IMG/VR virus record: IMGVR_UViG_3300029183_000004
Coordinates: 1 to 55,816 of that record
Reading direction: 5' to 3' (one strand)
Source of the DNA: a virus
Taxonomy: Duplodnaviria; Caudoviricetes
DNA length: 55,816 bases
Under the pieces are notes generated by a model. It had not been told where the DNA came from, searched no databases, and saw only the letters and a list, made by a program, of their open reading frames with translations. The position numbers were made by a program, and so were the translations under genes. Shown here piece after piece: positions 28,599-38,397 of the stretch. Each line of letters opens with the position of its first letter. The first letter of the stretch is position 1.

Positions 28599-31062
28599 CT
28601 AGGTCCACAAGGATCGAAATTAGTCTAGGGGGTACTCCGGATTCGACACTATTTAAAAATCCTGTACCCCAGTTTGCCCCTGAGTTTGCTCCTGATTGTC
28701 GGAGAACAGTTAAATTTTTCTCATCATTCATTTGAGTTTCGATTACAGTTGAAATCTGTAATCCAATACCCGTATTTGCAAAGGCAAAAGTAAAACCTTC
28801 GGCTAAAGCATTTGCTTGAATCCCTACTTCTGGGCTTCCTGAAATGTTCAACATTTGTTGAATTAAAGAAGTTGATTGCTCTGGAGCAACATTATTAAAT
28901 GCTGTAGTGAATCTTTGCAACAAATTAGTGGCTAAGGTTGTAAAATCTGTCTCACCCACTAAGAGTTTTTCAAACTGTCCCCCCTGTGAGTTTACTTGTT
29001 GTAAGCCAGTTTCAACCCCCTGTTTAAATACCTCACTTAGATCTTGACCTTGCGATTGAACTTTACCCGTATCAATACCCAAAACTTTATTGGTAAGATT
29101 TGCGATGTTCCCAAAATCCGTACCGGCAAATTCCGCTGCTAATTCTTGCGTGATCTCTTCTGCCAGTTGAGCAAGATTTGCCTCACCTACAATTAAAGCT
29201 CGAATACGTTCCTTTGCTAAGTTCTTATCAATTAACTCTGGCCGTAGACCTTGCTCAAATCCTTGTAGCAATCTAGCAGCTTGCTCCTTCACATCAAATC
29301 CTTCAGCAAATAATGATTTTGCTAATTCTGGAAATTCTTGTTTAAAATAATCCACCCAAGGACTATTGAAGCCATTAACAGCAATGTCCGCTAATCGTCT
29401 AGCTGGTTCATTGATTGCGTCTTGTCGGCCAAGAATTTCATCAAAATCAATTCCCACACCAACGTCTAAAGCTTCAGATAAAACAGATGAAACTTTACCT
29501 TTTAATTGATTAAATGCCTGTTCCCCCGAAGAAGCAACATTACGGGCGGCTTGTTGACTTTGATTAAATTGTTCTTGAATAACATTAAAACCTTCTAAAG
29601 CATCATTACGAATCTTCGTTTCAAGAAATGCCCGTTCAGCTAAAGAAGTATTAGCAAAGTCAATAGCGTTAATTTGATTCTTATACTCGTCTGTTACATC
29701 TTGAGCAAGTCTAAGTGCAGTTTCTTGACCGACAATATCAGCAATCCCAGCGGCAGCACTTCCAATTGCTCTAGCACCAGATGACTCTAATCGGTCAATT
29801 GTTTTTAATAATTCTTCAAATTCTAAGTTTGCTTGGCGTACAGCATCAGCAGTAGCTTCTACTCCACTTTCAAAGGCACGTATCTTTGCCTGATCAAATG
29901 CTGCGGAAGCATCAACAGCAGCTTGGATCTCAACATCAGCCCTAGTATTTTTAATTGCTACTAAGCTATTAAGTACACTTGTTAACCCAGTATCAATTCC
30001 AGCGGGAAGATTTAATTCTCCGATAACAATTTGCGCCGCTGCAACTTGAGCTAGATCTAATGTGTCAATAAAATCTAAAACTTCCTGTTGAGCATTACCA
30101 AAGAAGTCACCAAAAACATTCGATCCAAATAATGTCTCATAGGTTTGAATTAACGCTTCGCCTCGGGCGATACTTTGATCGATTCGATCATCAATTGTTG
30201 ATAACTGAATGTCTACAAATTCAGCTAAGAAACCAATTGATTGGGATCCAAAATCACTATTGAGAATATCATTAAGATCTTCAAGTTGATCGGCCAATCT
30301 ACCGGCTAAATCTCGACCAATGATTTCTGTAAAAGCATTGGCAAGATTGATACCAAAGTTTTCCGCTTGTGCCTGTGCTTTTTCAAACTCACTAGTAAGC
30401 TTTGAAAAATCAGCCCCCTCAACTAAATCTTGACTTTGGGCAATGACTTCATTAACAATCAATTGCTTCTTTTCGATGTCTGTTAATGATCCAACCGTTC
30501 TACCATTTTGTTCTGCAAAACTTCGATATGCTTTTTCTAAGTCAACAACAATACCCAAGTTATCCAGAATCAATGCCGATCCTCGACCGATACCAGTAAC
30601 GATATCATTAAAAGCTTGATTCAGCGTTAAACCCATAGCCGAACCACGAACTTCGGCAATCTCCATCAACTTAGCCATATCTTCAGCAGAAGAAGCAACC
30701 CCTAACAACATTGCTCTATTGGCCGAGGTAATCAAATCAATTGAATTGATTTGACCTCGAGAACTTGCTTCTAGAGCTGCCAACATGCTGTCAGCATCTT
30801 GACCGACACTAGCTGCGGTTGTGGCAAAGCTTTCTCGGAGAGAATCTATTCGAGTACCTAAAAGACCTATGTCTAATGCTGCGGTAGCTAATTGTTTACC
30901 ACGTGAAAACAAAACATCTAAGGAGATTACCTTAAGACTTGAATTAGCTTGCTTTGAAGCCCGAGAAATACCATCAAGACCTTTGATAACATCATCAAGG
31001 CTTTTTTGTCCTTTTAATTGCGCATCAACTATAAGTCTTAAGGTTTCTTGGCTAACTGCCAT
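28540..31062 (-). CDS. Tape measure protein
   Basis: 840 aa, Ala/Gln/Leu-rich helical; GIGRGSALILDNLGI; follows chaperone pair. Confidence 0.88.
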   Translation of the reverse strand: MAVSQETLRLIVDAQLKGQKSLDDVIKGLDGISRASKQANSSLKVISLDVLFSRGKQLATAALDIGLLGTRIDSLRESFATTAASVGQDADSMLAALEASSRGQINSIDLITSANRAMLLGVASSAEDMAKLMEIAEVRGSAMGLTLNQAFNDIVTGIGRGSALILDNLGIVVDLEKAYRSFAEQNGRTVGSLTDIEKKQLIVNEVIAQSQDLVEGADFSKLTSEFEKAQAQAENFGINLANAFTEIIGRDLAGRLADQLEDLNDILNSDFGSQSIGFLAEFVDIQLSTIDDRIDQSIARGEALIQTYETLFGSNVFGDFFGNAQQEVLDFIDTLDLAQVAAAQIVIGELNLPAGIDTGLTSVLNSLVAIKNTRADVEIQAAVDASAAFDQAKIRAFESGVEATADAVRQANLEFEELLKTIDRLESSGARAIGSAAAGIADIVGQETALRLAQDVTDEYKNQINAIDFANTSLAERAFLETKIRNDALEGFNVIQEQFNQSQQAARNVASSGEQAFNQLKGKVSSVLSEALDVGVGIDFDEILGRQDAINEPARRLADIAVNGFNSPWVDYFKQEFPELAKSLFAEGFDVKEQAARLLQGFEQGLRPELIDKNLAKERIRALIVGEANLAQLAEEITQELAAEFAGTDFGNIANLTNKVLGIDTGKVQSQGQDLSEVFKQGVETGLQQVNSQGGQFEKLLVGETDFTTLATNLLQRFTTAFNNVAPEQSTSLIQQMLNISGSPEVGIQANALAEGFTFAFANTGIGLQISTVIETQMNDEKNLTVLRQSGANSGANWGTGFLNSVESGVPPRLISILVDLVTPGVQAGLTRQESLTEPQ

Positions 31063-31331
31063 TGTTCATATATCCCGTCATTTTCACCAATGATTTCCCA
31101 TTGCTCTTCCGATATATCTTTATGAGCTAATTTACCTTCAAGCCATCTTGATCGAGCAATCTCAGCAGATTTTACCGATCTAACTTGAAACATTCTCATC
31201 AATCGCCCATAATCAATATCGTCAAATTCATGAGGTAATTTCCCTGGAAAAGCATTACATAAAATATCATCTAAACAAGCTTGTATATTTTCTAAGCTAG
31301 GTTTTTTTAATCCCAGTAGATCACGTTCCAT
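31038..31331 (-). CDS. Tail assembly chaperone, -1 frameshift extension (gpT-like)
   Basis: The -1 frame is open from the slippery site at 31388-31394 into this ORF. Confidence 0.75.
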   Translation of the reverse strand: MERDLLGLKKPSLENIQACLDDILCNAFPGKLPHEFDDIDYGRLMRMFQVRSVKSAEIARSRWLEGKLAHKDISEEQWEIIGENDGIYEQWQLAKKP

Positions 31332-31369
31332 TGGTGAGTCTGGAATCCGATACCACGCAACCAGTTTTT

Positions 31370-31672
31370 CTAACTGGTTTGGCTCAATAAAAAAAGCTTA
31401 CCTATAGCCTTATACAGAGATGTCATAACAAAGCCATAAAGACGATAATCAATATCCTCTAACACATCTAGAGTTAAACCCATAGTATCGGTAATATCTC
31501 CAGACTCACAGGGGATAGAAAGCGCACTAACCTTTTTAGGAAACCATTCCTCAATGTATTCTTCGGGACTAGCGTTTCTACAAGCATCAACTTCTCGCTT
31601 TGTCCACCTATCCGAAACATCAATATAGATTTCGCCTTCAATCCCCAGATCAATTTCTGGCTTAATTCTCAT
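31370..31672 (-). CDS. Tail assembly chaperone (gpG-like)
   Basis: Between tail tube and tape measure; T TTT TTA near the 3' end. Confidence 0.75.
   Translation of the reverse strand: MRIKPEIDLGIEGEIYIDVSDRWTKREVDACRNASPEEYIEEWFPKKVSALSIPCESGDITDTMGLTLDVLEDIDYRLYGFVMTSLYKAIGKLFLLSQTS
31388..31394 (-). other. Programmed -1 ribosomal frameshift heptamer TTTTTTA
   Basis: CTT TTT TTA; the -1 frame reads FIEPNQLEKLVAWYRIPDSPMER. Confidence 0.75.
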
Positions 31673-31717
31673 AGGTATTTCCTTTTCGATTTAAATACTT
31701 CGTTAAGAACTACTAGA

Positions 31718-32125
31718 TTATGCTCGTGTAGGATTGCCATTCAATCCAAAACTGATATCAGCGGTAACTAGTCCCGATGAAGTGGCCGTGATCGTATACT
31801 CATCAATGAATGCATTTGTGGTCCAAGTATATGAGGTATCATTACTTGGGGATGACGGACCGGTCAAGCTAACTAATGTTTTCTTGGTTGCTGGCGCTGT
31901 CAATGCATCTGGACCAATAGCATTATCTAGTGCTACTGACCATAAAGCGGTAACGCTACATGTCCAATCCTGCACACCGGCGATAATTTCTTCCCCTGTG
32001 GAATCATAGTTAGATGCGTCAAGTTCCTCAACTTGGACCTCTAACTTATGTTGATTCATGTACCCTTCGATAGCTACACTATCATAACTAAGATCTTGAT
32101 TCAATACTGCCTTTATAGCTGCCAT
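31718..32125 (-). CDS. Tail tube protein-like
   Basis: EVQVEELDASNYDS.GEEIIAGVQDW; position before chaperones. Confidence 0.7.
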   Translation of the reverse strand: MAAIKAVLNQDLSYDSVAIEGYMNQHKLEVQVEELDASNYDSTGEEIIAGVQDWTCSVTALWSVALDNAIGPDALTAPATKKTLVSLTGPSSPSNDTSYTWTTNAFIDEYTITATSSGLVTADISFGLNGNPTRA

Positions 32126-32276
32126 TGTATTTATCTCCTAAAAAAGTGGGGGATTTCGTTCGATCTAAAATCCCCCTGTGGTATATCTTTAAAATGGGTT
32201 AAATGATGTAATTAGTGGCTCGGATAATTACCCCTAGTTTATAAAAATCCGATACGAAATTAACCCACTTTATACC

Positions 32277-32687
32277 CTATGCCCGAGTCATCGCTCCGTC
32301 GGTTGGTCTCCATGTAGCTGATACCAATAGAAGATTATCAGATGTAGACTCAATAATTAGGTTGGTACTCATTGCATTGGTAATTGTATAAGTCTTTGTT
32401 GTAGCACCTTCGGTAATTGCTACGGCTACCGCTACAGCACTCGCTTGCTCAACACCTAGAGCGGCATAAATTTCACCTTCTAATTCCCCAGCGTCTGGGC
32501 CATTGTAATAGCCTTTATGCGATATCTCATTGCTTGGGTAGGTTGGTTCTTTCTTGACGGAGCATTCTGCTAAGTCACGATGTTCAATAGTATTCATATC
32601 CATCTTAACCGTTACTTCATCTGTAACAGCGGACATATCAACAGAATTCACACTTAAAGTCACTTGCTCGCAACTTTTTATTGCCAT
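32277..32687 (-). CDS. Second tail tube protein-like paralog
   Basis: Similar length (136 aa), MAIK start, TRA end, beta-rich. Confidence 0.6.
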   Translation of the reverse strand: MAIKSCEQVTLSVNSVDMSAVTDEVTVKMDMNTIEHRDLAECSVKKEPTYPSNEISHKGYYNGPDAGELEGEIYAALGVEQASAVAVAVAITEGATTKTYTITNAMSTNLIIESTSDNLLLVSATWRPTDGAMTRA

Positions 32688-32712
32688 TTCACACTTTCTC
32701 CCTTTAAAACAC

Positions 32713-32741
32713 TTGACATTAAGTCACTTAAGTGTTATACT
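32713..32741 (+). promoter_or_regulatory. Promoter predicted to give leaderless HNH mRNA
   Basis: TTGACA-17-TATACT with TG extension; ATG at 32749. Confidence 0.8.
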
Positions 32742-32748
32742 TATTTAC

Positions 32749-33507
32749 ATGAATACAAAATATATAAATCAAACCTATGCTCGATGGACAGTTTTATCAT
32801 TTTCCCATAAAAATGATCTTGGTGTCCATTACTACAATTGCCAATGTTCTTGTGGTACTATCCGTAAAGTACGTATTACTGCGTTAAGAAATGGTAGATC
32901 TAAATCTTGTGGTTGTTATAATCGAGAGCAAACGACCACAAGATTAGGATTATCTAGAACCCTTGTTTATCGTTCTTGGAAAAATGCTCTCTCTAGATGT
33001 ACCGATAACACTAATAAGTCCTATAAAAACTACGGAGGACGTGGTATCTATGTTTGTGATCGTTGGAAAGATTTTACCACATTTTATCAAGATATGGGTG
33101 ATCCCCCTACAGATGAGCATTCACTAGACCGTATTGATAATGACGGACCATACTCTCCTGAAAATTGCCGCTGGGCCACAAGACATCAACAAGCTAGAAA
33201 TAAACAATCTAGTAAGTACATCACCTATCGAGGGCATGAGTATGAATTAAACGACATCTGTGAAAAATTTGATTTAAAGACTAGTACAGTTAAGAAACGC
33301 TTACAACTTGGTTGGTCGATTGAGAAAGCACTTGAAACCCCTGTGAGAAATAGTGTTTATCTTACTTATCAAGGCAAAACTCATAATTTAAATATTTGGG
33401 AACACATAACAGGTATTCCACAACAAACTTTAAATATGCGTATCAGACGTGGTTGGTCGGTTAAAAGAACTTTAACTACTCCCGTCCAGCAAAAAACCAA
33501 GTCTTAA
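32749..33507 (+). CDS. Free-standing HNH homing endonuclease, antisense; true start 32749
   Basis: CQCSCG..KSCGC, YGGRGIYVCDRW and SLDRIDNDGPYSPENCRWAT. Confidence 0.9.
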   Translation: MNTKYINQTYARWTVLSFSHKNDLGVHYYNCQCSCGTIRKVRITALRNGRSKSCGCYNREQTTTRLGLSRTLVYRSWKNALSRCTDNTNKSYKNYGGRGIYVCDRWKDFTTFYQDMGDPPTDEHSLDRIDNDGPYSPENCRWATRHQQARNKQSSKYITYRGHEYELNDICEKFDLKTSTVKKRLQLGWSIEKALETPVRNSVYLTYQGKTHNLNIWEHITGIPQQTLNMRIRRGWSVKRTLTTPVQQKTKS

Positions 33508-34484
33508 CTCACCTGTTCTAAAATCCTTCTAAGTAACTTAGTCTGTTTCTTTAACTCCGCCAATATATCACCCTCTTCCACAGGGGGTGGTTCTATTGGT
33601 GGTGGATCAATTTCTTCAAGTAAGCGTAAAATATCATTGTGTGCTGGTAATGTATCAAAACTTGACCAATCTTTACTACCGTAATCAGTAGTAAAGGGTT
33701 GAATACATTTAACCCGTTTATCAATAGTTATTGCACTGAGATATTCAACAAGTTGAGCAGCATAATGCGCCGGTTCTAAATGACCTAACCAACCACGATT
33801 ACCTTCAAAGTTAGGACCGGCAACATAACGATCTATCCCACATTCCCCAATTACGATATTGATATTTTGCCAGGGGCAATGATGGATTCTTCCTCCCCAC
33901 CAACCCCACATTTGATTAGGACCGTGTATATCCCAATACTCATGGACATTAAGATAATGTTTAGACTCAACAAGTAAAGGGTATATAGGGGAATATGGTT
34001 CCCAATTTGGCGGAGTTCCCTCGCCCGTATTTCCAGGCCAACCAACAGAAAGATTCAAAGCTTGACCACTAAGATCAAACCGATTTAAATTCCCTAAAAA
34101 ATCAACTGTATATTGAACAGTTTGATCTAATGCCTCCCAAACAGGTGGTTCATTGATTCCACATACTGATAATTGTCTCACAGGGGGGAAAGGTATTTCT
34201 CGCCGTAAAGCTTCCCGTTGTAATTCATTTATTTTATTTACCCACCAATTAGCATGATCAATCGCCAGTTGACTGGGATTGTTTTTCATTTCTTCTTTTT
34301 GTTCAGAAATAGAATGCTCCCGAAGAAGAATCAATCCATTAGGAACTAGGGTAAAAACATCCGAAATCTGTTGCACATCCGGATCAATTATTTTGATCAT
34401 TGCTGGATTAAGACTTTGCATATAAGCAAGATCTTCATTACGGCCATGTGTGGGAATCCAATGTACACCCATTAAACTTGACAT
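33504..34484 (-). CDS. Glycoside hydrolase (clan GH-A-like TIM barrel), possible lysin or virion hydrolase
   Basis: GINEP acid/base, VHEYW and VIGECG nucleophile motifs. Confidence 0.65.
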   Translation of the reverse strand: MSSLMGVHWIPTHGRNEDLAYMQSLNPAMIKIIDPDVQQISDVFTLVPNGLILLREHSISEQKEEMKNNPSQLAIDHANWWVNKINELQREALRREIPFPPVRQLSVCGINEPPVWEALDQTVQYTVDFLGNLNRFDLSGQALNLSVGWPGNTGEGTPPNWEPYSPIYPLLVESKHYLNVHEYWDIHGPNQMWGWWGGRIHHCPWQNINIVIGECGIDRYVAGPNFEGNRGWLGHLEPAHYAAQLVEYLSAITIDKRVKCIQPFTTDYGSKDWSSFDTLPAHNDILRLLEEIDPPPIEPPPVEEGDILAELKKQTKLLRRILEQVS

Positions 34485-34489
34485 AAGAT

Positions 34490-35131
34490 TTATAGATTTC
34501 CTAGATCAGTATGCAAAATATTAACTTCGCCCGCTGTAAGGGTTTTGTTATAAACAATAACTGACTGAATTTTACATGCGCAAAATCCCGTATGGGTTGT
34601 CGTAAATCTAGCACCAATATCTAAATTATCTGTCGGTCCCCCTGTGAAGGTTCCGCTAGATGTCCCTACCAAAGATCCATCATGATAAAAGCTATTACCA
34701 GAACAGATAACTGTGCCTGTCAATACCTCAGTGTCTACTAATGATCCTGTTCCCCAATTCCAAGTAAAGTCATTTAGAAAATCAGGTTGTAATTGAAATG
34801 TAGGATTTGAACCACTAACGGCAGCACCAAAGAGAAAACCTGTGTTAGTGACATCTGAGTACTTAATTCCGAATGTCCAATCACTATCAATACCAAAAGG
34901 TAATGTTAGCCGTTGATTTGACCCATTAAAGGTCCATCCCGTACCCGTTGCCCACATAGAACTATCACCGGCAAAAGATACAATATGACGATTATTACCG
35001 GAGACATCTAAGAGACTAGTCTCCCATTGAGAAGCCCTTATGGAATTGTAGGCAGCATATGGCGTACCGTTATTGGTAAGCCAGTTACCTCCGCCTCCCC
35101 CAATAAGACCACCGAATATAAGTGCTGTCAT
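34490..35131 (-). CDS. LamG/ConA-like virion protein
   Basis: DVSGNNRH, GWTFNG, LDIGA and YNKTLTAGEV. Confidence 0.75.
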   Translation of the reverse strand: MTALIFGGLIGGGGGNWLTNNGTPYAAYNSIRASQWETSLLDVSGNNRHIVSFAGDSSMWATGTGWTFNGSNQRLTLPFGIDSDWTFGIKYSDVTNTGFLFGAAVSGSNPTFQLQPDFLNDFTWNWGTGSLVDTEVLTGTVICSGNSFYHDGSLVGTSSGTFTGGPTDNLDIGARFTTTHTGFCACKIQSVIVYNKTLTAGEVNILHTDLGNL

Positions 35132-35811
35132 AAAGCTGCCATCCTACGTGCTACCTCATATATCACAGGGGTACCGATAAAGTTATCGTAAAGAGCGAAA
35201 GCTTGCACACTGCCATTGCTATAGTTGCCTGGGGTACCATTGTTATTACTACAGCCAATATAGAGTGTCAATGAACTAGTTAATCCAGAAGCAATTGAAT
35301 TTTGAAAGACTCCATCAATATAGGCACGTAAACCCCCGATTGCAAGATTGCCATTAGGGGTTTCTCCGGAAACTAGAAGTAAACTACCATTACCAAAAAA
35401 AGTATTGGTGGGTGTCCCTGATTTTGGTCCTAACTGGAGTCTACGATTTGTTGCTCCACCGTAAATTCCAGTTATACTAGCACTGGTTGTTGTTGCCCCA
35501 GTGAATTGTATCAAAAGAGTGACATCTGAATCAGAAGTATCAACACTTACACCGGTTGAAATATACTGGGTACTACCATTAAATGTCCATCCATTCGTAG
35601 CGTCCCAGGAAGGTTCAATCGTTTTTAATGCATCATTTCCGTTACCTGATAGATCTGTATAGCTATCATTTTTAGAAGCTGCACCTTTAGGCTGATAAAC
35701 GGCTAATGCGCCACTAGCACCGGCTTGCTCCCACCAATTGGCAGCATTCGGATATGTTTGAGTTTGGCCTGCTTGAGACGTTCCTTGAAAAGGATTAAGG
35801 TTAACTAGCAT
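35128..35811 (-). CDS. LamG/ConA-like virion protein
   Basis: NWWE..G..GALAVYQPKGA, DLSGNGNDA and GWTFNG. Confidence 0.75.
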   Translation of the reverse strand: MLVNLNPFQGTSQAGQTQTYPNAANWWEQAGASGALAVYQPKGAASKNDSYTDLSGNGNDALKTIEPSWDATNGWTFNGSTQYISTGVSVDTSDSDVTLLIQFTGATTTSASITGIYGGATNRRLQLGPKSGTPTNTFFGNGSLLLVSGETPNGNLAIGGLRAYIDGVFQNSIASGLTSSLTLYIGCSNNNGTPGNYSNGSVQAFALYDNFIGTPVIYEVARRMAAL

Positions 35812-35823
35812 GGGAGTAGTTTC

Positions 35824-36516
35824 CTACACTACCTGTAAATTTGTAGTCAAAGATGAAATCTGTTCAGCGCTTAAAATATAATCATACAAAGCAATACCTT
35901 GTATTTTACAAGATAAGTGAAGGGCAACACTGCCGCTATTTGTTGCACCAATATAAATACTTCTTGTATTCCCTAGCGTAGGCGTTCCTGCTGTCAAGGA
36001 TACTACCTCGACACCATCGAAGTACCCTTTTAATCCTGCAATGGCAATGACACCTGCTGCTTCTGGTGGAGAATGTGATCCCAATGTATTGTTTGCAAAA
36101 TGTTTTGCTAGTGGATTCCAAGTGCTACTAAGTTCGAATCTTTTACTACCATGCGCACTGTTCACACAACCAGCTAACACGTTATTTCCTAGAGATGTTG
36201 AAGAATCCGAGTAACGAATTATCATCGACCATGTTTCATCAATGACAGGAACCACTCCTGTGTCAAGATATTGATCAGATCCATTAAATATCCACCCATT
36301 ATCAGCATCCCATGTAGGAGCAACCCCCAATGTCGCATCATTACCATTACCAGATAAATCAACATAACTATTTGCCAAGCTAGAAGCACCTTTAGGCTGA
36401 TAAACTGCTATTGCTCCTGTCACACCCCCAGATTCCCACCAATTAGGAGTAGAAATAATTGCAGATCCAGAAACGTTTATTGTAGCCTTAACTATTACTT
36501 TGAGTGCTTTAGCCAT
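35824..36516 (-). CDS. LamG/ConA-like virion protein
   Basis: NWWE...GAIAVYQPKGA, DLSGNGNDA and LSAEQI. Confidence 0.75.
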   Translation of the reverse strand: MAKALKVIVKATINVSGSAIISTPNWWESGGVTGAIAVYQPKGASSLANSYVDLSGNGNDATLGVAPTWDADNGWIFNGSDQYLDTGVVPVIDETWSMIIRYSDSSTSLGNNVLAGCVNSAHGSKRFELSSTWNPLAKHFANNTLGSHSPPEAAGVIAIAGLKGYFDGVEVVSLTAGTPTLGNTRSIYIGATNSGSVALHLSCKIQGIALYDYILSAEQISSLTTNLQVV

Positions 36517-36890
36517 TAAGAATAATCCCGTAGAATAAGAATAATGTCACGCTCGGCACCTTGATTAACACTTGTTCCACCTGTTTGTGACCAAACCTTT
36601 AGGTAAGGCATCCCTACAGTAGCAACTGGATTAACCAGGTAAGTTCTTGAAGCTTGAGCCACAGCTATCTCAAGTAAAGCATCATCACTATCATAGGCAG
36701 CTTGGAAAATTCCTCCAGAAGATAAGGCTAACTGAAAGCCTATTCCCGCTGCTGTCCATGCAGAGGGCATTACCACCCCTGTGATACTTAAAGTCCGATG
36801 ATCGTTAACACCATCTTGTAAATTTATTTCTTGTGATAATGCCGTTCCATTTGGAATTGTGGCTGTAACTTGAATCAATCTTGAATTCAT
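36516..36890 (-). CDS. Virion structural protein
   Basis: TATIPNGTALS...MPSAWTAA beta-rich; late operon. Confidence 0.6.
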   Translation of the reverse strand: MNSRLIQVTATIPNGTALSQEINLQDGVNDHRTLSITGVVMPSAWTAAGIGFQLALSSGGIFQAAYDSDDALLEIAVAQASRTYLVNPVATVGMPYLKVWSQTGGTSVNQGAERDIILILRDYS

Positions 36891-36919
36891 TTTTTAGTTC
36901 CTTCAATCTCACAGGGGGA

Positions 36920-37876
36920 TTAAGATACTACGCTCTTATAAAAGACGTTCAATGTGCAATCATCAACATTTGAAATGCTGCCCGACGGTTCACCCTCGAA
37001 TCGGATAATGATCCCTTCATTCTTTGTTGAGGCTTCAATAACATTTTCATCACTAGTAAAATATGTTTCGTAATCATTATATTTCAGTACAAAACTACTT
37101 CCACTAGGTAACATATTTACACCAAAAGTATAGCTTCGATCATCCCCTCCGGTACGAAGGTTATCATATATTTGACCATTTCCCGCTGTAGAATCAATTC
37201 CTATACTTTCCATTGTAACGATACTCATTTTATCATTACCGTCATCTTGAATCTTTTCTAAGATGAGTCGAATATCAGCAGCATTTGAAGAGGATTTAAA
37301 TTCTGCCCTAAAGCCCACAACAATAAAATCAATATTTAATCGATCCAGATATCCTAGTACTCTGATATCATAATCAATCCCTGTGATGGCTCCGGTTGTG
37401 ACATCAATGTTTGTTATTTCTAACCATTTCTTGCCTGTTTGATAATGTTGGGCAGCGGTTGTATCGACAGTAATTGTTTCAGTGTCGGAAGTTGTAGGCA
37501 CACCATTTGTTTCGGTAACAGAAGTACCCGTTATAACAATGTCTCCCCCTGTGGTAATGCTATTCACCAAAATACATACATGATGACCCATAGCAGAAAA
37601 GTCAGTTGTGTAATCCCCACTTTGCCCTGTAGCAACTTCTTCATTGGTTCCAGCAATCACAAAAGAATTTGAAGAGACACCAGATAGATCGATGAAATAA
37701 TCAAAATGTTTGTTCGAAAAGTCATCTTGAATTTGAGTGGATACAAAAGCCGAGAGTGTTGTTGCCGAAGCATTGATATCAGAAGGTGTCCCGTTTGGAT
37801 CTCTCACACCATAAAATCTGTCGGTTCCTTGAAGTGCAGTTACATTAGTGATACTTGGATCAATTATAGTTGTCAT
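36920..37876 (-). CDS. Virion structural protein
   Basis: Thr/Ser/Asp-rich 318 aa in late operon. Confidence 0.6.
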   Translation of the reverse strand: MTTIIDPSITNVTALQGTDRFYGVRDPNGTPSDINASATTLSAFVSTQIQDDFSNKHFDYFIDLSGVSSNSFVIAGTNEEVATGQSGDYTTDFSAMGHHVCILVNSITTGGDIVITGTSVTETNGVPTTSDTETITVDTTAAQHYQTGKKWLEITNIDVTTGAITGIDYDIRVLGYLDRLNIDFIVVGFRAEFKSSSNAADIRLILEKIQDDGNDKMSIVTMESIGIDSTAGNGQIYDNLRTGGDDRSYTFGVNMLPSGSSFVLKYNDYETYFTSDENVIEASTKNEGIIIRFEGEPSGSISNVDDCTLNVFYKSVVS

Positions 37877-37878
37877 AA

Positions 37879-38178
37879 TTAAGATGCTCTTTGAATCTGT
37901 TTAGGCACGGTCTGAAACTCCAATCGATGGCCTGAAATAGTATGAAGAAAATTCACCTTAACTCTAGTAATTGGTTGACCATTGATAAAAGTAAGCTTTT
38001 GATAATACCCTTCCTCTGCAACACTAAGTTGAGCAGGTGAATTAAAACGCAAATCAATTTCTTGGAGAATCGTTTTAAATAGCGCCGATAATCCTTCGCC
38101 CGATACCTCGGGCTGTAAAGAAACGGGTTGATCAATATGAGTTCTTTTTTTAAGATACGTCGGTAAGATGTTAGACAT
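37879..38178 (-). CDS. Hypothetical protein
   Basis: 99-aa ORF co-oriented and abutting the next gene. Confidence 0.55.
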   Translation of the reverse strand: MSNILPTYLKKRTHIDQPVSLQPEVSGEGLSALFKTILQEIDLRFNSPAQLSVAEEGYYQKLTFINGQPITRVKVNFLHTISGHRLEFQTVPKQIQRAS

Positions 38179-38195
38179 TTATTTTTAAGGAAAAG

Positions 38196-38263
38196 TTCAC
38201 TATAGCTTTAGTCTCCTTTTATACTGGTTTCTTTACTTTAGTATCCTCTAAAGCTATAGTGAA
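38196..38263. repeat. 16-bp perfect inverted repeat with 36-nt spacer
   Basis: TTCACTATAGCTTTAG ... CTAAAGCTATAGTGAA, intergenic. Confidence 0.9.
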
Positions 38264-38397
38264 AGTTAATTGGCTATCTCAAATATAGGATTCTCTATTC
38301 ATATGCTCAGAAAAGACACCAGCTAGGTTCATTTTCTTAGTCGTAACAGGTTTCAACGCTGTTACAGTTAGGTTAATTTAATTTAGCCAAAATAACA

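Noticed and set aside
32554-32748. N-terminal extension of the HNH ORF given in the ORF track
   Set aside because: It overlaps the tail tube gene antisense and lies upstream of the promoter; ATG 32749 fits the paralogs
34490-36516. Diversity-generating retroelement acting on the LamG paralogs
   Set aside because: No reverse transcriptase and no ~100-bp template/variable repeat pair differing only at adenines was seen
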